Assembly (NCBI GenBank): GCA_002269645.1
Contig: NIVC01001205.1
Span: 248,001 to 312,000, forward strand
Length of the DNA stretch: 64,000 bases
Source of the DNA: Macrostomum lignano
Taxonomy: Eukaryota
Reading direction: 5' to 3'
Position 1 is the stretch's first letter. Each line of letters opens with the position of its first letter. The notes beneath the pieces were generated by a model. It was not told where the DNA came from. It did not search any database and saw only the letters and a program-made list of their open reading frames with translations. Positions 57,400 through 64,000 of the stretch are shown here, one piece after another. The position numbers and the translations under genes were made by a program.

Positions 57400-60300
57400 A
57401 CTCTCCCCGCAAGGACCTGCCTTCAAAAGCAGCTCAAAAGGAGTTTCTAGATCAACATGTAGCCCAGATGCTCGAGCAGGGGGTCATCGAAGAATGTGAC
57501 TCCGACTGGGTGTAGCCCATCGTTCTAGTCAAAAAGAAGGATGGCACTCAACGCCTTTGCATAGACTACAGGGCTGTCAACAAGCTCATCAAGCCGTGAA
57601 GCTTCCCTCTGCCACTCATCGAGGAATCCTTTGATAGCCTTGCTGAGGCCACTGGCATATCCAGACCTCTCTGCCAAGGGTTGCGAATTTATCTTGGATT
57701 GCGATAGCTCGCTAGATGGCACAGGGGGTGTGCTGTATCAGCTGGGGCCAGATGGCCAAGAGCAAGTCATAGCCTACGCTTCCAAGAAATTCAATAGTAG
57801 TCAGAGAAACTACTGCGCCACCATGAGGGAGTTGATAGGGCTCGTCCTAATGCTGGAACACTTCCGTCCTTATCTGCTGGATAAGCCTTTTACTGTCCGG
57901 GTAGACGCAGCTGCGCTCAAATGGCTGCACGCAAAGAAGCATGCCACCGGTATGCTGGCCCAATGGCTTGCCACTATCGAGCTCTACCCACTGAAAGTCC
58001 AACAGTCCACTCTGGAACGAATCCCAGAGTATGATTTCACAGTCCAGTACCGTCCAGGCGTTGATTATGTGCCGGCTAACGCTCTCAGTAGGCTACCAAA
58101 ATTCAGAGCTGACCACTTCAACTGCCCGACGTGTAGTCAAATTCCGTAATTCAAGAGGAAATTCCTGGATCAAGACCCTAAGGCGCGTCGCGTCGAAACT
58201 CGCCAACTGGGGAATTGCGACAGGTGAGCGTCAAGAACACGGGCAAAAGTGTCGCGTGCCAGACGGACGCCGATAGCAGCCTCCCACCATCACAGCCAGC
58301 CAGTCCAAAGCCAACCCCGGTGCCCAAGGAGGCGCCAAAAGTCACTTTGGCCAAGCCGCCGACAAATGCCCGCGCTGCTGTTAGTAGTGCTGTTCCCAGT
58401 CCAAGGACTGAATCCCTCGAACCTGAATTAGAATCTCAAGTACCACCTGAACTCATCTGGGCCCAAAATGCCCAGGACTCCTGCATTGACATGGCGCGCT
58501 TACTCGCCAGTGTCCAGCGTAAGGCCGAGCCATTGTCCAAGGCCGAGCTGCAGAGCTGCAGCCGAGAAATGCGCTCCCTCTGGGCTCGATTCTACGACCT
58601 CAAAGTTATCGAAGGCCTCCTGTGCCTAGTCAAGCCTACAAAAGCCAAGACAGCCAACAGACGTCTAGTAGTGCCCGAAACTGCGGATGTCAGCCACCTA
58701 GTCCTCCAATATCATGGCCAGCTAAATCGCTGCGGCATCACCAAGACGATGTCCGCCCTGAAAGAACGCTTCGCGATTTCCGACTTAAATACCATTGTCA
58801 AAGGGGTTCTTGCTGAGTGCACTGTCTGCGCCAAGACAAAGAAATCAAAGTGCAAGCTCAAGGCCCCCATGCAACCAGAACTGTCCGGCTACCCGAATCA
58901 GGTTGTTCATGTGGACCATGCAGGCCCATTCGAGGAATGTGATGGGTACAAGTACCTGCTGGTCATGATCGACCGGTTCACCGGGTTTGTCGAGGTCACT
59001 CCTGTCCCCGATGTCGGTGCTGAGACCACCGCCACTACCATCCTGACGGAATGGGTAGCCCGGTATGGTGTGATGGAGCAGCTGGTATCTGACAACGGGA
59101 CAGCCTTCATCAATAGCACTATGGCAGAACTGACTAGGCTCTTACAAGTTGATATGGGCCGGATCACAGCACGCCGTCCTCAGGCTAATGGCAAGGCTGA
59201 TAGAATGATTCAGACGGTGAAGGCACAGATCAGGGCCATCTGTCTTGAAAGGAAATGCGATTGGCCTCTTGCCAGCCGTCTGGCCGCCATGTCAGTTCGT
59301 GCCACAGTGGCAGAGTCCACAGGGTTTACGCCAGCCAAGCTTTTCTTCGGCCGTGAGTTTGAATTGCCATTAGAGCTTTGTCACAATCCACCAGCCAACA
59401 AGTACTACTGGTATCAGCCGGAGAGGTATGCCCACCAATTGCATCGCACCTTAGTCGAAGTCTCTGCCTTAGCCCGACGCACTAGGGGCAAAGTTCAAGA
59501 AAGGCAGAAGAGATATTACGACGGCCACGCACTCCGCGCTGAGTTTCACGAAGGGGAATTAGTCTGGGTCTTAAACCCAAATCACAAGGGCATTGAACCC
59601 GCTGTGTGTTTGGGGCAATACCGAGTAGTGCAGCGCTGCTCAGAGCGGACCTACCGCTTGGTCCCTGAGTATGGCCTCCTAAACCCAGCAGATCGGGTGC
59701 CAAATCCACGCCACAACATTTACAATATTGACCGTCTCAAGCAGTGCATCAGACAGCCCACCTACCAAGATGTGATTGACATGTATGGTGAAGCAGCCCG
59801 TGCAAGATCTTTATCACCTCCTAGTGACAGCTCCTCCAGCTACAGCAAATCCACAAACGAGCCCAGCTTCGTGACCATTCCCCAACCTCCCTCTGCCCGG
59901 CCAGGAAGCCCAAGCAGAGAGTCAGGGCCTAAGCCACTATCGCCAGCTTCAGGCGCTTCTGAGGAGAGGCGGGAGCTGGAGCTGGGGAGGGACAGCCAAT
60001 CGCCGAAGCCGGCGATGCTGTAGCCATTGAAGGACAAGCCAGCGCTGACAGAACCGACACTGACACCAGCCACAGCCAAGATAGCTCGGAATCGCCCCAC
60101 ACAGCTTCCCTAGGGGACTCTTCCCTGCCGGCCTCCGAGCCAATAGAGCCACCCGAACCCTTTGCGAACCCAGTCGCCGCACCGGAAGTTGGCCCATCAG
60201 CCCCGGCCGCGGAACCCAGATCTGTTTTTACCCTGGCTGCCTCTCTGGTAGCTTGTCTAAGGGTTGTGCGCATTCCGATTGGCCTGGCTTCGGCTAGCCG

Positions 60301-60400
60301 AATTTCTAAGGGTCGCCCCGGAGGGGCTGTGCCCATTCTAAAAATAACCCTATTTCTCATTCCAATTATTTCGGCCCTCGGCCTTGGTTTAGGGGGGTGT
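57400..60400 (+). mobile_element. Second, decayed gypsy element related to the CSD element (RT fragment with about 600-bp deletion, RNase H, integrase)
   Basis: AQKEFLDQHVAQMLEQG...W V*PIVLV; jumps from DSLA to YPDL; RNase H 57650-58149 homologous to 55430-55920; no gag. Confidence 0.85.
58215..60023 (+). CDS. Integrase with long Pro/Ser-rich tail, probably inactive
   Basis: H..(R)..CTVC zinc finger; VHVDHAGPF, MIDRFTG, SDNGTAF, NGKADR (catalytic E replaced by D); TGFTPAKLFFGRE. Confidence 0.85.
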   Translation: MRQVSVKNTGKSVACQTDADSSLPPSQPASPKPTPVPKEAPKVTLAKPPTNARAAVSSAVPSPRTESLEPELESQVPPELIWAQNAQDSCIDMARLLASVQRKAEPLSKAELQSCSREMRSLWARFYDLKVIEGLLCLVKPTKAKTANRRLVVPETADVSHLVLQYHGQLNRCGITKTMSALKERFAISDLNTIVKGVLAECTVCAKTKKSKCKLKAPMQPELSGYPNQVVHVDHAGPFEECDGYKYLLVMIDRFTGFVEVTPVPDVGAETTATTILTEWVARYGVMEQLVSDNGTAFINSTMAELTRLLQVDMGRITARRPQANGKADRMIQTVKAQIRAICLERKCDWPLASRLAAMSVRATVAESTGFTPAKLFFGREFELPLELCHNPPANKYYWYQPERYAHQLHRTLVEVSALARRTRGKVQERQKRYYDGHALRAEFHEGELVWVLNPNHKGIEPAVCLGQYRVVQRCSERTYRLVPEYGLLNPADRVPNPRHNIYNIDRLKQCIRQPTYQDVIDMYGEAARARSLSPPSDSSSSYSKSTNEPSFVTIPQPPSARPGSPSRESGPKPLSPASGASEERRELELGRDSQSPKPAML

Positions 60401-60653
60401 ACCTGGAGTGAGTGTGTACTCTGGACTGCAGTGTGGCTAGAACGGGACTTGAGCCCCCCGGTCGTACCCGCCCTGCAGAAAAGAATGACCATTCACGAAG
60501 GTGTACGGTAGAGCCCAGTTGATGCCAGCCCTGAGGCTAAGCCCCGGGTAGCAGGGTCCCCCACCTGCTAGTAGGGTTCAGGTGTTCCTCCGTCCTGTTT
60601 TTATCCCCAGTTTTTATCAGTTTTATTTTAATGTAAGGCCTTTAAATGCCGCT

Positions 60654-61238
60654 TTAATCTTCCGGAGTTATGAGCTCTGCCCTCCCTGCCCGGTCCATCC
60701 TGCTGTCCTTGGTCCATCTGCTGGCTCCTCTGGTTGTCTCCCTGCCTAAGTGTCTGGCTCTCATCCTGACAGTGGATTGGTGTCCTGGGGAATGAGTTCG
60801 TCCCGAATCGGGGATACCGGCTGAGTCCGGGTCCTCTTGCTCATTGTGCCCCTTCCCGACCCCTTGGACTGGCCTCCAATATAGTGATACCCTTGTGGCT
60901 TGCAGCCCCATAGGTAGTAGCAATATCCTGCCTGATAGGAGACTCGCCCTCGGAAACAAGCCTTCCAGACTCACTCCAATAGTTAAGCCATTTCCGTAGA
61001 CTTCGGGGTTTCCCCGCTCTCGGACCTCTTTCAGTAGAACCCAAGCTTTTTTCGCTTTTTCCAATTTTTCTGCGCACTCCCGAGGACTTGTTTGCTGGGT
61101 GGTGGCCTGGGTGGACTCGGTCCTAGAACCGTCCCTGATTCCACCAATATTGGGTTGGCGGTGTCTTGTACCTCCGTAGGTTTGGGCTAGTAGCACAAAT
61201 ACACTTGCTCTCACCAGAGTCCTGAGCTCTGGTCCCAA
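60654..61238 (-). CDS. Unassigned 194-aa antisense ORF in the 3' region of the second gypsy element
   Basis: Non-repetitive ORF with no recognised motif; may be spurious. Confidence 0.3.
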   Translation of the reverse strand: MGPELRTLVRASVFVLLAQTYGGTRHRQPNIGGIRDGSRTESTQATTQQTSPRECAEKLEKAKKAWVLLKEVRERGNPEVYGNGLTIGVSLEGLFPRASLLSGRILLLPMGLQATRVSLYWRPVQGVGKGHNEQEDPDSAGIPDSGRTHSPGHQSTVRMRARHLGRETTRGASRWTKDSRMDRAGRAELITPED

Positions 61239-63189
61239 TCGTGGCCTCTCGGGCTACATGCCCCTGGCAGTATGGCCCACTGATAGATCCCTGCGGTAGA
61301 GCCCCCTTTCGGGCTGATCCGCGGCAAGCCCCTGGCTTTTCACCCCCGTTTAAGAAGATAATTTTGTTAAGGTACACGTTTCCGGTGAAATGAAGGGTCA
61401 TGTGTAAAATACTTAAGTACTTTAATATAGTTCCGGCGGGCAAACTTTGTAGAGCCTGATCTAACAGCTTTTGCTGTGACTGCTGCTACAGGCGTGAGAA
61501 GCTTCTGGCTTATTTCACCGGCCCGCGTCGCCACCCGCCCCGCTGAGAGGCACCCTCAGTCGAACTGATCAGCACTCTCACTTGACTAACTGTGTATCGC
61601 AGTTTAATCTAAGGACACTATAATTTTACATTTTCGTTGTATTTGCTGTGTGCGAAAATTTCTTACAATACGGTTCTTTTGCATTAATGTGCCTTTTTAA
61701 TACTTAATATACTGGTTATTGTTGTTTATGCTGTGAGTTTCTCAAACCGTGTAGTTGTTAGCTTCTAACTATTCTACAGTATGTGAGTTCTATATTACTA
61801 TGACAATTGGCTCAGTTTAATATGATGGATGGTGGATGAGTGAATCTTGGTTAATGTAAGGGTGAAAGGAGATCAGATTAGTGACAATGACTTACTAAGT
61901 AGCTGTGTAGATAAAAAAGTCGCGCTGGGTGGCTCGATTAGGCATGCCAATCTGTGTAGCTCGCAGCCGATCAGCTCCCATCATCAGTGGCGCCATTATG
62001 TAGTGGCCGGCGAAGCACATCCCCACCGACAAGGGACCGCCTCGAGGCTCCCTGACTGGCCGGAGGGGCCCGGGCCTTGCGAAATACTAGACCTCTATAC
62101 GGTGGACCTTCCGTTGCTGCGTTGCATCATGGTCTCATCCTCTTGTCCTCTCCCCTAGCCTCCCGGGGCCCTGCCCTTGGCTGGGTGCTGTCAGCTCCCT
62201 CTAAATCAAAATCAAAATTAAGTAGCTGATTAACACCTGCCGACTGACACTACTGTCCCGTGACTTCTGTTCAAACTGCGACTATAGTTAAGCTAGCTGC
62301 TGATTTCAGAGTTCAGTATTCTATTACGAAACGTGCAGGTTTCTTTAATCCTTATGCCAAAGCAAGGTATACAAACACTCTACGAAATAAATATAGGTAT
62401 TAAATATTTAAATTTTAAATATATATATTAATTTAGCGGCTTGCGGAAAAATGAAGTTGCAAGCGAGAAAAGTAAGAGTTTATTAGCTTTACGCGTCAGG
62501 CATAAATAAGCTCGCGATCACATGGGGAGGTGCGCCAAAAAGGTGGCACGACCCCCCTCCGACTTAGCATATTGACAGTCTGTCCGAGTACACCCACCCC
62601 CAGCTTGGTGGGCAGGGGGTTTCAGTGCAGATGTACTCACAATTGCTGGCTGCGTGCTGATTGGGCTGCCACAATAAACAATTTATTTATTTATTTATTA
62701 ATGGGCAGCATGAAAGTGAATAGCATAAAATATAATTAGATAGTTTGAGCAACAAGAGATATACACTTAGGGAATATTAATTTATCCTGTTGTTTGGTGA
62801 AATGGAATTATTTCGGCCTCCAAATCCTGTTAGGCATTGGCTCGTTCAGCCAGCGGCTTCGAAATTCCGCCGATTTTCAAGTCAACGCGCTTCCAACTTC
62901 TCCTATGGGTTGTGCCGGACCACAGTTGTCTCCCTAGCAACACATTTCCGGCAAGGTTGACTCGCACCAGGATTGTAGAGCTATATGTCAGCCTCTGGAA
63001 AAAATATAGTACGCAGTTATATGCAATAGAAGATAATATAGTAATTAAAATGTAAATACTACCAATTGGGAACTGGGTAATGAATAGTAGAACGTAGTGA
63101 TTTATGGTAATATAGTAAAAAAATTAGAGTAGAGAAAAATGAGAGTAACGCAGCATTATATAAATTATTTTGTTTCCCAGAAAAAACAG

Positions 63190-64000
63190 CAAAATGAAAT
63201 TGGTAAATAAACGCCTAGTTATGACAGTGCCAGCGGTGAAGCTGCGGAGGCGGCGGCGGCGGCAGCGGCAGCAAGCGCGTCTTCGACTGCGGCAGCGGCA
63301 GTCAGCGTCGGCGGTGCAGCGGAGACGACGACAAAGACGACAACCATGTCAGCTGAGGAGGCGATCGCGGCGGGTAATGCACTGCGGCATTCCTCGCTAT
63401 TGGCGCATTATTCGATCGATGCTCCGTTGTCCAGCAGCTGCGTGTAATCCAGTCTTTGTATTGGAATGATGCAACAAACGTGCGCAACCCAGCCTGACGG
63501 CCATCTTGACGCCCTCATTGACACCTTTTTGCTGATCTTGTCGGTCAGCTCAAAGATGACAGCAGCAGCAGCCGCCGCTGCCGCCGCCGCTAAGAGCTGT
63601 CCAGTCGTCGAGCCGCGAGATTTAGTCTTCTGCTTAGCCAACCCAACGACCGCCGCAACGGAGGTTCGAGCCACCAGCACAGTTATAAAGCCACTGCGAT
63701 GCATCTGCTGCGCGTCCGGCCATGGCGCGGTCTCCGCGTAGCTCACCTCCGGCCGAGTAGCGCCAGTCGGTGCAACAATCCTGACAATGGCTATTCGACC
63801 ATCCAGCTGAATGGTCGCGAGGTTAGTCATAAGAAAATATAGTCTGTTGGCTGCAGCGTTCTTACAGTGCCGACCTCATTCATGAGGTCGCTGCTGCTCA
63901 CCTGGCAAAACGGCCGTCATTGCAACGGCATCGTCGGCGTCGCCAACTCGCCGGTTTAGCTGTGCACCAACCGAGGAAAACGGATGTCGGTTTTCACCTT
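63190..64000. other. GC-rich, poly-Ala coding-like segment, unidentified
   Basis: Exon-like GC content with GCG/GCA tracts and 90-140-aa frames on both strands; no recognisable domain. Confidence 0.3.

Noticed and set aside
61983-62200. Second hAT-like MITE starting CAGTGGCGCC
   Set aside because: No matching right TIR or TSD was found.

Overview
This is animal genomic DNA. The GC-rich exons, minisatellite-filled introns and dense nested TEs suggest a flatworm such as Macrostomum; that assignment is inference only. Host genes: (1) two intronless paralogous secreted lectins (525-2540 and 21215-23122; signal peptide, 2 C-type lectin domains, 8-aa repeat stalk, LamG/pentraxin-like C-terminal domain) with near-identical N-halves and a strongly diverged C-terminal domain; (2) a 14-exon, ~736-aa CCDC175-like coiled-coil gene (23911-37037) in which most of the larger introns carry their own distinct minisatellite. 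The rest is a pile of nested mobile elements: a decayed minus-strand LOA-like LINE carrying a solo LTR; an intact-looking 5.9-kb LOA-like LINE flanked exactly by a 3.4-kb direct duplication; a gypsy LTR+gag remnant present twice plus a related solo LTR; a hAT-like MITE; a Helitron fragment; a near-intact Mag-type Ty3/gypsy element; and two related tRNA-Gln-type gypsy elements. The most striking observations are a UNR/CSDE1-like cold-shock RNA-binding domain fused in frame between the Gag zinc knuckle and the protease of one gypsy element, and the patchwork hypervariability of the lectin C-terminal domain. All alignments and counts were done by eye, and protein-family calls come from remembered motifs, not database searches.
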